DNA of 64,000 nt, taken from NCBI GenBank assembly GCA_021613535.1, contig CP075496.1, positions 12,896,001 through 12,960,000 of the forward strand. The letters are read 5' to 3'. This document shows positions 11,843 to 25,245 of this stretch, piece by piece; position 1 is the stretch's first letter, and the number at the start of each line of letters is the position of its first letter. Source of the DNA: Adineta vaga. Lineage: Eukaryota; Animalia; Rotifera. The notes below the pieces were generated by a model. That model did no database searches, was not told the origin of the DNA, and worked only from the letters and a program-made list of their open reading frames with translations. A program made the translations under genes and the position numbers.

Positions 11843-13951
11843 ATGGAAAAGTTACCAGTCGAAGTAAGTCTATTCAAGACAAAAGAATACAATAGTTTTG
11901 CTTATATTTTTCAAAGATATTCGATCTCATCTTGGCACATTTGACATTATCAGATTGGAAATGTCTTCGTTTAACCAGTCGAACAATTTACAGTCGTCTT
12001 TCATCATTTTCATCTTATTCTCATATTCATTCAATAATTCTTTCACCAAAATCTTCATCTGGTCTTGCACTTCTTGAAAAAGCTACATCTTTCGAAGGTC
12101 TTGATCAATTATCTATAGCAAACTTTAATTTTACCGAATTAAAAACATTTATTCAAACATCTCCATCATTTCGTTCATGTCTGACTAAATTAACTAGTTT
12201 ATCCTTTGCTAGTTCAACAACATTAATCGATTGTCGTATATTCTATGAGTTACTTTCCTATTGTACATCTTTAGAAAAACTTGATTTAAGTAATTACAAA
12301 TTCTTTTTTCTATCCCATAATTTTTCTCAAAATACGAAAATATTTCCATCTGTTAAACAATTAAATTTAAATGGTAATACTCATTTATCTGATTATGCAT
12401 TTAATCATTTAATGAAAGCATTTCCAAATATTCAAGCATTACATTTACTTGGTATTCCACTTCGTTCAACATTAAATGCCAATGAAAATCGTACATTTCT
12501 TACATTTGAAAATATTTGTTCATATATTCAAGATCATCAAGAACATTTACAAGCATTAACACTATCGTTTGAACCAACTTTATCATGTGATACACAAATA
12601 AAACGTTTATTCTTAACAATACCACCAAATCTAACATCGTTTTATATTGATGGAACATTGACAATATCGACATTAGTTCATTTTCTTCTTCTTTTTGATA
12701 ATCATCTTCAAACATTAATTGTTGGTCGTCTAAAACTTGATCATACTGGTTGTCAACCATTATTCTCCGCAATTAATGAATATGCAACAAATTTAAAACG
12801 TCTTTGTGTATTTCTAAACACACCAATAAAATATTCACTTACACAACAACATAAAAACTTATTCTCAGGTAATTATATTCTTATAAACTTCCACAAGATA
12901 TGATTGAATTCTCGAGTTAATCTTATTCGTTAAATATATATATATATAAGGACATTTCATCCATCCCTATTCTCACCGATACTTCTTACGAACAGACTAC
13001 AATGGTACATAGACTATGTCAGTCAGACAGGACCCGAACTAAGAACCTTTTTTTGAGTATAATCATTTTTTTTATTTAGTTCTTTCTCCATCATCGGATA
13101 TATCGTTATCATCATTAAAACACTTGAATGATCTTGATATTCAAACATTATATCCATTAACTGAAATTGATTTAATAAATTTATTTTCTAATAAATTAAT
13201 TAATTTAAAAAAATTAGCTTTACCAAGAAATACGACAGATGATGTGATTCAATATATCTGTACTCAATCATCTTTTGTTTTATCATTAACACATTTAAAT
13301 CTAAATAATTGTTCATCATTAACTAATCGTTCGATTTTATTAATTAATAAATATTTAATTTCATTGGAAGAATTAACCATCAATGAAAATATCAATATTA
13401 ATGATTTTGCTTTTATTGGTTTATCGATTTGTAGTATTGGTAAATCTATTGAATGGCTCGATCAAATATTGATTAATCGACAATTTGTTGATGATTTACC
13501 TATTTGGACATCCACGATAACTCATCAAACGTTATGTAAATGTCAATTACCCGTTTATATATCTTCATCATGTATAAAACTTCGTTTAAAAGAAATCAAT
13601 TTCAATGATGATGAATATTCCGATCAAATTCTAAGTATATTAACAAGCCATAAACTTTTCCATGAATATTTTTCTTCGGTTAATAAATTAAAAAAGTTAA
13701 AAACATTAAAATTACGTCAATGTATTCAATTAACCAATCGTTTATTTCGTTTTGGTATTCGTTGTTTAACAAATTTAAAATATCTTGATATAAGTTTTTG
13801 TGAAAAGATTACTGACAAGAATTTAGCATTTATTGGTCAAACTTGTCCATCAATTGAAACGATTGATCTAACAGGTTGTCATCAGATCAGTGAACATGGA
13901 AAATTAACTTTAAAAACCAATGCAAAACGTGTGAAAATTATTGATTATTAA
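11843..13951 (+). CDS. F-box / leucine-rich-repeat protein (FBXL-like)
   Basis: Spliced F-box MEKLPVE|IFDLILAHLTLSDWKCLRLTSR, then Cys-containing LRRs (LTHLNLNNCSSLTN, LKYLDISFCEKITD, IETIDLTGCHQISE). Confidence 0.85.
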
Positions 13952-14084
13952 ATTTTTGTTTTTGTCTTCTCTTTCTGTACAATCGATATGATTTAATTGT
14001 AAATAGACATTTTCATTATTGATTTTATTCTTGCTATTTTAGAAAAAAAAAGATCGTTAATTGATTTCATTGATAATAAAGAAA

Positions 14085-15039
14085 ATGGTGAAAGTTATGA
14101 TAAGTAATGTGTCAGTTCATAATAATCCAGCGAAATTCTTATCGAATTATACATTTGAAATAAAATTCGAATGTTTAGAACAATTAACACAAGGTAAAAA
14201 AGCAGTTTGAAATGAAAAAATTATATATTTTCATTCTTTTTTCTCGTAGAACTTGAATTTAAACTTGTATATGTTGGTGATGCAAAAGAAGATAAACAAG
14301 ATCAAGTACTTGATGTTGTTGTTATCGATGCTGTTGCACCAGGAACATATAAATTTGTCTTTGAAGTAAGTAAAAAATGAATATAATCAGATTTTCAAGA
14401 ATTTTATTTCTCTTCATTATTAAAGGCACCACCACCTGATCCAAAAAAACTTCCAAATGATAGTGATGTTGATGTATCTGTTATTCTTCTTTTGGCTTTG
14501 TATCGTAATCAAGAATTTGCACGTGTTGGTTATTATGTTTTTACAGAATATGATGATCCGGAATTACGAGAAAATCCTCCAGTGAAAGTCGATTTTGAAA
14601 AGGTTAGATAAAATAGAAGTCCTTTAAAAACTAACCATTGAATTTTTTTTAGTTAAATCGAAATATTGCTGTTGATGAACCTCGTGTAACAACATTTCCA
14701 ATTGTATGGGATGAACAACAATCAACTGATCAACTTGTCTTTGCTGAATTAACAGAAGAAGAAAAGAAAATGGCTGAAATGAATGAAGAAGCAGAAATTT
14801 GTCAAAGCTTAGAAAATGTCAATTGTTCAACTGAAACACCAAATGAATCTGAGCAAATTCATGAAACAGATGCAACTATTGAACAATCACCAGCAGAACC
14901 ATCGACAACAACAACAGCAGCAGCAGCAGCAGCAACAATTGAAACAGAACCATCTGTTGAACTTACAACAACAACAATAACAACAGCAGCAATAACAAAT
15001 GAACCTGCTGTTCCAATTGAAATGGATTCCAATAATTAA
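14085..15039 (+). CDS. ASF1: Histone H3/H4 chaperone ASF1 with acidic, T/A-rich C-terminal tail; 4 exons
   Basis: MVKVMISNVSVHNNPAKF..FEIKFECLE..LEFKLVYVG..DQVLD..FVFEAPPPDP..QEFARVGYYV..EYDDPELRENPP..EPRVTTFPIVWD. The core is missed by the ORF track because its exons are short. Confidence 0.93.
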
Positions 15040-15189
15040 ATGAATATCTGTTCATATTTTCTGTTTGTATATTCTGTAAAGTTCTAAAAGATGCTATTTT
15101 TTCTCATTGTATTCAATATGATTGATAATATCAGATGATGACAACATTGGTCTCCTATATTTTGTCTCTTCAACATCTATTCTAGATCA

Positions 15190-15694
15190 ATGTTTAGTTA
15201 CAGATATTTACGTTTACCTTCGATTTCATTTATCGTTCAACGTCATTATGCTGTAACAAAAACACCAGCTGGCCCATCAGGTGCAGCTTTAAAACTCGGC
15301 GGTGGTGTAGCTAGTAAGTAGTTATCTTTATTGACGTATTTGTAGTCCGAAATGTATTTGTTGAATAGAAAAAGGTGCAGTTATTACAAGTTCAGTTCAA
15401 CAATATATTGAAGCTGAAACCGATCCAGAAAAATTAGTTAATTATTGTTGTGGACTTAATTATAAGAAAGAACAAGCATCTGTAGAAATCAAAGCAAATT
15501 CGACCTATCCCGATTGGTTATTTGGATTAGAAAAATTAGATAAAATTAGTCTTGATCAACTCGACAAAGATACATGGGAATATTGGACGAGATATAATGA
15601 ACAAGGTGAAGAATATCTTCGAATAATAAATGAAAGACGTTTTCCTGAACGATATATTCCCCCTTGGTTGAAAGAAATGCAACCATTGTGTTAA
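15190..15694 (+). CDS. MRPL54: Mitochondrial large ribosomal subunit protein mL54; 2 exons
   Basis: Arg/Ser-rich presequence MFSYRYLRLPSISFIVQRHYA, then ETDPEKLVNYCCGLNYKKE..IKANSTYPDWLF..YWTR, typical of mL54. Confidence 0.85.
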
Positions 15695-17831
15695 TATCAA
15701 TAGGAAAAGAGAATTTAGTTGTAATTTGTTTCATTTTTTTTTGGTTGTTTTTAATAAAGTCAAACAAACAAACACACATACACACATAAACGAACGTACA
15801 TAAAAGGTTTTTTATGTACAAATTATATCACAGAATTGTGCTGCTTTGATGGCATTGGTTTTCCACACATTTCAAACAAAACAACAATGAAAAAAGAAAA
15901 GAAAGTAAAGAATGTTCATTCAAATTGATTCTTGTATCAAAGAAGAAAACAAGTTTCAATCATGGACGGAATAACGGCGAGTAATGTATTTGTATTGATG
16001 ACACGATGATCGTCTTGTCTTTGTTAAAAAAACAACAACAATTAATAACACGACATTGATAATAAAAGACATGAAAGAAAACTGAATCATTTATTTCCTC
16101 TATGAATAGAGGAACAAACGATGGCTTATACTACATATTCAGATCTAAAATAAAAGCACATTTAGAAATAAAAAAAGAGGTGTTAGTTTGCTTCGCTTCT
16201 TCATGCTCTCTCTTTTTTTTGTGTCTCGTTAAAAAATTTGACGATGAGGAAATAATTTAAGTTGATGTGAAATACGAGAGGAATTTTTTGTTAGTGAAGA
16301 GAAAGAGAGAGAGAGACTAAGAGAGAAAAGAATGACACTTATCACAAGCAGGCTCTTATGCAAATTGCTTATCGCACTCTTAGGTAATATCAGACGATGA
16401 AACAAGGTTTACCTTGCTATCACTATCGCTATTCTTTTACTTTTAGTTTCTCTTCGGAAATATGCTTGGTTAGATTGTCATCAAAGCGTTTTATTATAAT
16501 CTTCTTCTCATTTTTATACTTTGTCGTTACGATACTAAGAAAACAAAAAGAGAAGGAGAGAAATGAATAGTATGGTGATTGTTCTGTCGGAACAAGTTGT
16601 GTATATATATATATGTGTGTGTGTGTGTGTGCTTTTTCAAATAGAAACTGATTCCTTGCGACACGGTGCTAAGCAACTTTGTTCGTGGACAGTAAGAAAA
16701 ACGATGACGACGACGACAATGATAAAGTGTTTGAAGAAAAAGCACTTGTAACTTTCTTTATTCTCTCGTTTTTCTTTTTGTCTTAAAGATTTAAAATCTT
16801 TCTTTCTCTCCTTCTCTCTCTCTCTCTCGTCTACAGAACGTAGTAAAATTTCATAATGCAATACTAAAGAGAGAAAGTGTTCGTTAAGTAATAATGAATT
16901 TAGCTTACCGTCTGTCGGACGTTTTTTTTTGAAAAAAAAATACACGGTTGTCATACAAAGAAAAATGAGGACGGTAGTTGTGATAGGAAAGGAAGCCGAA
17001 GAGAAGACATTTTCTTTCTCTTTTTTTTTTAAAAAAAAGAAAAAACGACATTAGAAATGAATACAAAGTCAATGAAATGATGATTAAGTGAGACAAACGG
17101 AACAGCACGTAGAACTAAAGGAAGTAACAAATCGATCGCAGATAAACTTAAAACAACAAAACGACAGAGATTGATGATATTTCCGTTGAACCTGTTTAAC
17201 TAAAAATTGATTCTTTCATCTGGAATGTCATTTTACATTAAATATATGTGTCAGATCAAGAAAAAAAGACACTTTTCAGATAGATTATAAATGATGTACA
17301 TTGATCCGATTAAGAAAAAGCAATCAAGTTTGATAATGTGGATTAATATGTAATACTTTTCAAACTGTTCTATGATTATGTGATGTGTTTTAAATTATCG
17401 ATAGTATAATAGAACAGATGATGAATAATAAGATGATAATGGTTATGTTTTGTTTAATCTGAAAGTATTCATGTTATTTACGAGAACTTGTTTGTCATAG
17501 ATTGAATCATTTTCAATCGATCACAAGGACTCTTGATAATAAAAACTATGGATTGATTAAATCTCATATAACTCAAATGGTATTATTTTGTCAAACTATA
17601 TTTTTGATTGTTAACGATAGAAATACTTGAAAGATACTAAAAGCTTCTTAAACTATGTGATGTATACACATACATGTGATATGATATAATTAAATGTTTT
17701 GGCGCTAAATTCTTATCTTGTATAAAATAATTCGAAACGTTCTTCTGATAATATTCTCCACTTACATAACATCAATTTATTATTGAATATAATATCGAAA
17801 AATAAACCGATCGAATTACCAAAAGTTATCC

Positions 17832-20054
17832 ATGTCCAGTATAGAAGAAGATAGTGTTGTTGTTGTTGATGATGACGATGATGATATTACTCCATCAGTA
17901 TCTCAGACAGTACCGGAATCGACTGTTGCTCCTTCCACAAATGTAACCCTCGGTGAACCAATCAATCAGGTTTGTTTTTTTATTTTAAACTTTAATTTTA
18001 TCAAATTATTCTCATTTATACAGAAATGGACATCATCATTGCTTTTCTCAGTAATTATCGTTGTATTATCAACTAGTTTTGTCATGGGAGTGAATATTGG
18101 GGGAGCGAATTTATATAATGGTGTATGAGATTTTGTTTGTTTGTTTGTTAAATTAGATATTTGGAGTTAGTTCTAATTTAGTTTATTATACCTTGGACTC
18201 GTGGTTATCCATTTCCTTGTCAAAAAGAAGATAATACACCGAAATGGATAGCACAAAAATGGTGGAATTGTAGTTATGATGGTACAACAATTGGTGTGTA
18301 TGGTTTTTATGAACTACCAAAGATTAGCAAAAATCAGCTTCTTGCTCAACGCATGCGAGATTCACTTCATACTGTTTTATTTGTTATTGGTGGTTTTATT
18401 GGTGCTTATTCCGGACAATATTGGTATAAGTGTTTATCAAGGTTTGATTGATTTATTGAGAATAAAAGAACATAGAACTATCGAATTAATTTAGACGAAA
18501 TGCTATTTTGGCAAATATGCCATTTCAAATTATAGCTTCGATATTAATGATAATTACTTTATATATATATCATGGCTATGAAACAAATGATCCAGATCTA
18601 GAAACATTAGAAAAAGCAAGAAAACACAAAGGTTTAGCCATTACTTTCCTTTATATTTCTCGATTTCTCTCAGGATTTTCTGCTGGTATATATTTATAGA
18701 AATTCCTTTTGATAAATTCATCTTTTCTCTATGATTAAATTCCTAGGCATGTGTTGTGTTGTATCGACCTCTTATCTAAATGAAATCAGTCCTCGAGTAC
18801 TTCGAGGTACTGTAGGTTCATGTCATCAATTAGCTATTGTCATCGGTATACTTATTGGACAAATTATTGCTTTACCATGGATATTAGGACGACATGAGTA
18901 AACTAGGAATTGCTTTTTTTTAGAATAAAAGACTATCGTCTAGTGCATGTAGTACATGGAATTGGGGTATGGCATGGGTTGGTCTATTACCTATAGTTGG
19001 TACTATTCTTATTTGGACATTACCTGAAAGTCCTCAATGGCTCTTACAAGAACGAAAACAAAATGAAGCTGCGCAAACATTACGTAAATTAAGACAAAGT
19101 AATGATATTGGAGCTGAATTAGTTGAAATTGAACAAGAAGAAACGGCAACAACAAAAGAAGAATTAGGTATTGGAAAAGTTCTTTGTTCTAGTGAATTTC
19201 GATGGCCATTAGTTACAAGTCTAGTACTCAATGCTGTTCAACAATTATCAGGAATTAATGCAGTAAAAATAAAAAATGTTCATCACATCGATCTATCTGT
19301 TTTCTTCTTCAAAGGTCTTCTTCTATTCAGGAGATATGTTTTCATTAGCCGGTCTTCGTGATGAAAAAGTTTTATGGGGCGTACTAGCAACAGGTGTAAT
19401 TAATCTAATTGCAACTCTTATTGCTTTAAAATTAATTGAACTATTGGGTCGTCGTCCGTTGATTATTTGGCCATTAGCTGCAATTATTGTGGTCATGGTT
19501 GGCTTGACAATATTTATCGTTTTGAATGTAAATTTGAAAAAAAAATGTAAATATATCATCTATTTTGTTTTCAATCTTATCTATTTAGAGAAAAAATCCT
19601 GAAGATAAGAGAGAAGCATTAGCAATCGTTAGTATTGTATTTATTCTAATTTTTATTATTTTATTTGCAATCGGTCTTGGACCAATTCCATATGTTTATT
19701 CCAATGAAGTATTTGTTGTTGAAGCACGTGCTGCTGGTCTTTCATTAGCAATGTTTATGGTATAGAATGATTGATTGAAATCTTCTTGATACAATGAAAA
19801 AAATTATTTGTCTTCTAGAATTGGTTTTGCAATTTCTTGGTTGCTCTATTATTCTTACCACTTCAATCTGTTATTGGTGGTTATGTCTTTCTGATATTTT
19901 GTTTATTTGTCGCAATTGCATTTGTTCTTCTCTTCTTCAAAGTATGATTATAAGTTTGTTCAATTTGTCAAATTTAACAAAAGATTTATATTGATTTTAG
20001 ATGCCCGAAACAAAAAATAAGAAATTACATGAAATTGAAGCATTCTGGAAGTAA
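17832..20054 (+). CDS. MFS sugar porter, GLUT/SLC2A-like facilitated sugar transporter
   Basis: YLNEISPRVLRGTVGSCHQLAIVIG, LPESPQWL, QQLSGINAVFFYS, LIELLGRRPL, FAIGLGPIPYVYSNEVF, MPETKNK. Confidence 0.9.
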
Positions 20055-23000
20055 ATACAATTTGGAAAGAAAAGACAAATTCTTTTCTGTTGTTGTTTTC
20101 GTGCATCAAAGAATTGACATACGATCCAAAGACTGAATAAATAAGGATTTCTATGGATATCACAAAGATATTTTAGATTAGTTTTGAATTATTAATAGAA
20201 AAAGAAGAATTAGTAATAAGGGAAATATTCTCGATCGAAAAAAGTTTATACTTTACAACAAAAGTGTTGTTGATAGCGTATGAATTATTTGATTATGAAG
20301 TACAATGCATAAGATAAGGATTCAAGTAGCTAAAGGCAATAGACATAAACCAACTGAAAGTGTTTTTCAAGTGTTTAAATCAATTTGTTTTGAAAGCAAA
20401 TGCATTATTATGTTGTCTAATATAAAAGAATCGATGTGAATTACAATAATTCGTTTAGGTTTTGATATATTGATCATTATAAGACTTTTTATCATCGTAG
20501 ATAGTGATACTTGACATCTATATGATGGAGGTGAAATGTTATCATGAAATCAGCGTACATTTTAATGTTTTGTATTTAATCGATGTTGAATCATGATAGG
20601 ATTAAAACCTTTAAGTCGTATTTTCAAAATAGAAATCAAGATTATGACACAAATCTTATCTTTATCGTTGTTTTTTCATTTGTTAGAAGAAATGTTATTA
20701 TAATACTCAACATATAAAAAATATCGATAAAAGTCAAATGATTCTCCTGCGACGCAAAACGTCAATCAAAGATTAAAATGAATGACTCATTTGATTTTAA
20801 ATATATATCAATTAACTATTCTCAGACATCAATTAAAAGTTCATAAAGATTTTGTTGATTGATAATAACACACGAAGACAGTCTAATTCACGAACAGAAT
20901 GTAAATTTTCGTTATTTATCTCAGTCAGATGGCCTTTGGAAGGAATTAATTCACACGATACTCCTTCATACGATATACTCATTAATCAATAGGATCATAT
21001 TGATTCTTTTCTCAAAAAAAAAAGAATTATAATCCAACTATTGTCCAACAAAAATTCTTTGTATATAACAAACAGTAATCTGATATAGGTATTGCTTAAA
21101 ATAACAAAATACCTAAATCGGAAATTGGAAGAAGAAAAGAAATTCTAATGTACGAATAAATATCGATCACTATTGATATGTCAATTTTATTTATGTTAAT
21201 ATTTGTCTTGTTCGTCGTTCTCACATCATATATGATCGATCTTCAAGGTTGTTATGTCTGCCTAATATACACGCGTTTCGATTGAATTTGTTTTCAATCT
21301 ACCGATAAATATCACCATGGTCAGACAGAATAAGTGACAGATGGCAATCATTATTTATCTGATTGTGATTACATATATATATATACTTACAGAGAGATGG
21401 AGAAGCGTTACATTCACTTTTCTTTTTCTTTTTTCTTTCAAAAACGTATTTAAACGGTAATCTTAACTTCTGAAAAGTAAAATCGAAGTTTTTCTTTTCA
21501 TTTACTGTTTGTTTTTATTGTTAGTGATTCATTTGTGCTTTATTAATCATTTTTCTTAAGAAAACGAAGAAAAGAACTAGAACAAAGCCGGAGAATAAAA
21601 TTGCACGACATGCCCTTTTGCTATAATACTTTTCTCCCTCACTTCTCTCAATAGCGTCTGTTCACCGCCTTTCTTTCTCTCTCTCTCTCTTTCATTCTCA
21701 ATACATACATACGTTCGTATGTCGGTTCCTTTTCACTTTTCAATCGGGCATGTGTACATGTAATACTAAACTCCTTTTTTTTCTATTATCCATCGTTTGC
21801 CTTTAGTCGTCTGAGAGAAAAATCCATTGGCATATCAACACTTGGTATGAAATACCATTTATCATTTTCTTTCCAAATTTTCATAGACGTGCAAAATTTA
21901 TGATGTAGGTATTAGAGAGAAGAAAGAACATTTGATTTGTTTATCTGTTTGTCGTGAGAGAAAAAATTAATCATATATCTTTGTCCGAATAGCATCATCA
22001 ATATTGCGTTAAAAGTATACATATACGTGTAGATGTAAGTGATGTGAATTGAGCATTATGACATCTCACACCTATATGTAGATTTGATACATTAACAATT
22101 CGTTTTTTTTCATGTTAAGTGAAAAAAAATGCAAGGAATCGAGCTCTTCTTCGTTTATACTTTCAAACATGTATATATGAGCACCGTCGTTTTTTGATTG
22201 ATGTGAATATGAATGAAGGTCGATCTTGAGCAGAGAAAATGAGCATTTTTTTTTCTTCATAGACAAACTATAATTTGTAGCCTTCTCAATTTTCACAATT
22301 ACGTACAATAACAGTAACCAATTTTAATTTAGCAGATATGAATGTAATGTTTGCGTGGAATGATAAAGGCAATTCGAACTTGTAATCAAATTATCGTGTC
22401 TGACGTTTCTCTCTCTCTCTCTCTTTTGCGTCTCATAATGAAAACTCTCAAATGTTAGAACTGACGCGCCAATCGATTTGTAAGGTTTCATTCTAAGTCT
22501 CTTTATCCTTTCTCACCTTGACATTGGATGAGTACATCAAATTGACACGATCTTAATGTATTTGTATAGCTCAGAGTTTTGAACAAAAAAAATCGAAATA
22601 GAAGCTGATCTTCTCTTTTGTATTATTCTTGAAAGTTTATTCACATGAAATCATAATCCTTCGCACGTACTAACTTACATAAACCGGTACATTGACGTTT
22701 GAACATGTCATTTATATTCTAGTTCAAAATCGATCGTTTTATAGCGCATTTTATTAGAATATTTCGTTGAATAATGTTATTATTATTACAAATCCTTTAA
22801 TTTAACTAGTTCTTTCAAGTCTTCTCTTCCCTTTAATTAGTTCTACACGAAGAAAATCGCTTAGACAAACGAATTTTATACCACTATCTCTTTATCAATA
22901 TACGTATAATTGCTCACTTATATTTATTCGATATGTCGATGTCTACCTACGTCTCTCTCTCTCTCTCTCTATTCACACAAATTCAATTGATTTTATAAAG

Positions 23001-24518
23001 GTGTGTATAGACACGTTCGCAATCCATTAGATATTTGTGTATGTCGCCATTTTATCTTTTTAAATTTGCCATATTCATACATGTATGTGTATAAACAACT
23101 GATGTTAGTATTCAAAGCATCGATACGATTGCCCTATAGAAATGTCTTGTTATTTTTCGGAGTTTTGTCATAGAAGAGTTAAGGTAAAATGAAAAAATAA
23201 GATGAGAAGAGTGAAGTGTTTTTGTTTGATTATAGAGATGATGAAGAGAGAGAGAGAAAAGATTATGCGTTTTCGTGCTTGTCTCAAATTAAAATATAGA
23301 TTGATATGTAGACATGAAACAAGGTTAATGTTAATCATTATTTTAGTATGATTAGATTCGAACTTTCGTTGACAAAAATATTCGAAGAGAATAAAGGATT
23401 GCCGTTCTATGTCAATAGATAATTGAATGATAGTGTTAATCATTTGAACAACTCCAGCTGTGACTTGAATGTTTCATAGATTGAAGTTTTCTTTTTTTTT
23501 TTGCTTTTTCAAGCTGACTCATGTATAAATTCAAGTTGACGACGAGATCGACTAAATTAGAGAATATTTCTCGATATGATTTGTGATGTAAGTCTCATGG
23601 ATAAAATATGCATATTTCTTTCTTGATATATTCAATGGTGTAAACTATTTTTAGATAGGAACTGTATTTCTATCATTGAGTTTAACTAGATGAAAAAGAA
23701 ATCAGAGGATTATTATAAACAGCAAGAGGTAAGATTTCTTCTTTTTTTTGTTTTGTTAATTCAAAAAAAAGGTAAGAGAAGAAAGGAAAAGAGAAAAAAA
23801 TCTGAGTGGCAAAGGTTTTTTTTTCTTCAGTAGAGAAGAGGTTAAAAGGCGATGAGTTTAAATGTATTTCCCGTCATTTTTCCGTTTGAACACTATTCTG
23901 AAGTAGTTACATGTAATCTTCTTCATTTTCTTTTCTTTACGTATGTATGTGTACGAAAGAGGGAACATAAGAAGGTCAGATGCCTATGTTGCTCTTCGTT
24001 TTCTCATTCTTCAATGAGCTTAGGTGTCCGTGTATATGTATACTAAAGAAGAAGAAAAAAGAAAGAAGAAAGAAAAAGAAGTAAGAAAAATTCTTCTAGT
24101 TCATTGTACTCATGTCGGACACGTATATACATGCGTAATAATCGACCGGGTACCATTTTGTCGGTTTGTTGTTGACTCAAATGTTTAAACGAATGTGAGA
24201 ATATGAATGAGTCAAACATTGGAATGTAAAAAATGACGAAGAAATAGAAGAAGAAGAAGGTAAGAAAAAGAATTGATATTTCAATGAATGATTCATTCAA
24301 TCTTGTTTGGTTAATTGACAACTCTATCTTCGTTATTGGATCCCACCTTGAATGCGTGGGTGGATTTGAGTTACCGTTTCTTTTTTTTTCTTCTCTTCTC
24401 TTCATTTATATACGATGCATATAAAAATGTCTATCTACTTATTTCTACTTGACTGAGAGTATCGTTGAAATCTGTTGTCTATTACATTTTCTTTCAGATA
24501 GATCATAAACATATTTAA

Positions 24519-25245
24519 ATGGCTCTCTTCTTTGTCGGGTATTTGCTAGCAGTAACAAGTACCATTGCATTTATAGTTGCAATTTTAACACCAAAATGGA
24601 TTTATCCAAATAATCTACCTGTCGATGCAACAAATCCTGCGTCTCCGTCAGAATTGAACTATCGAGGAATTTTTTATGTTGATCAAGGTTTTGCGAATAG
24701 TACATGTCGTGATTGGATTCTTACTCCGAAAGATTCTGTAGAAAGTTGTCGTCCAAGTATGCATTTACTCAACTACTCAAAAGATCTTTCATCTTTCTTC
24801 TAAATTTTCTTTTTAGCATATGCTGTCGCATGTGCTTCATTGGCAATTGTTGCTTCTTCATTATCGATAATTCTACTTTGGCTTGCTGGTGCTTATCTTT
24901 ATATTCGTCGTCGACGTCTTGCTCCACATTTCGTTACATTTTTAGCTGCATTGACATTATTAATATGTAAGTCATCTTGATAATTAAAGTCAATCACATT
25001 TATTTATTTTATATAAAAAAAATTCTTTTCCAGTTTTTATCAGTGCAATCGTATGGGTTGTCATGATTACTATGAATCGTGATGCAAATCTACGAATACT
25101 TCGTCAAAGTATTGGCTTTTCAACTTGGATTGCTGTTGGTGCAAGTGGCGGTTATCTACTTACATTTATATTATTTGTTCTCTATCGTTTTGATCTTGGC
25201 CATCGAAGGTATCTCAAAGAAATGGACTATTCGCGTCGTTTTTAG
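24519..25245 (+). CDS. Claudin/PMP22/EMP-like four-transmembrane protein (paralog 1); 3 exons
   Basis: TM1 followed by TPKW, ECL1 RGIF with two Cys, three further TM helices and GFSTWIAVGA; ends YSRRF*. Confidence 0.7.

Noticed and set aside
20100-21150. Scattered exon-like blocks downstream of the sugar transporter
   Set aside because: I could not assemble any reading frame or recognise a family.
24190-24212. TGGAATGTAAA, matching the 5' end of miR-1
   Set aside because: The match stops after 11 nt and no precursor hairpin is evident.
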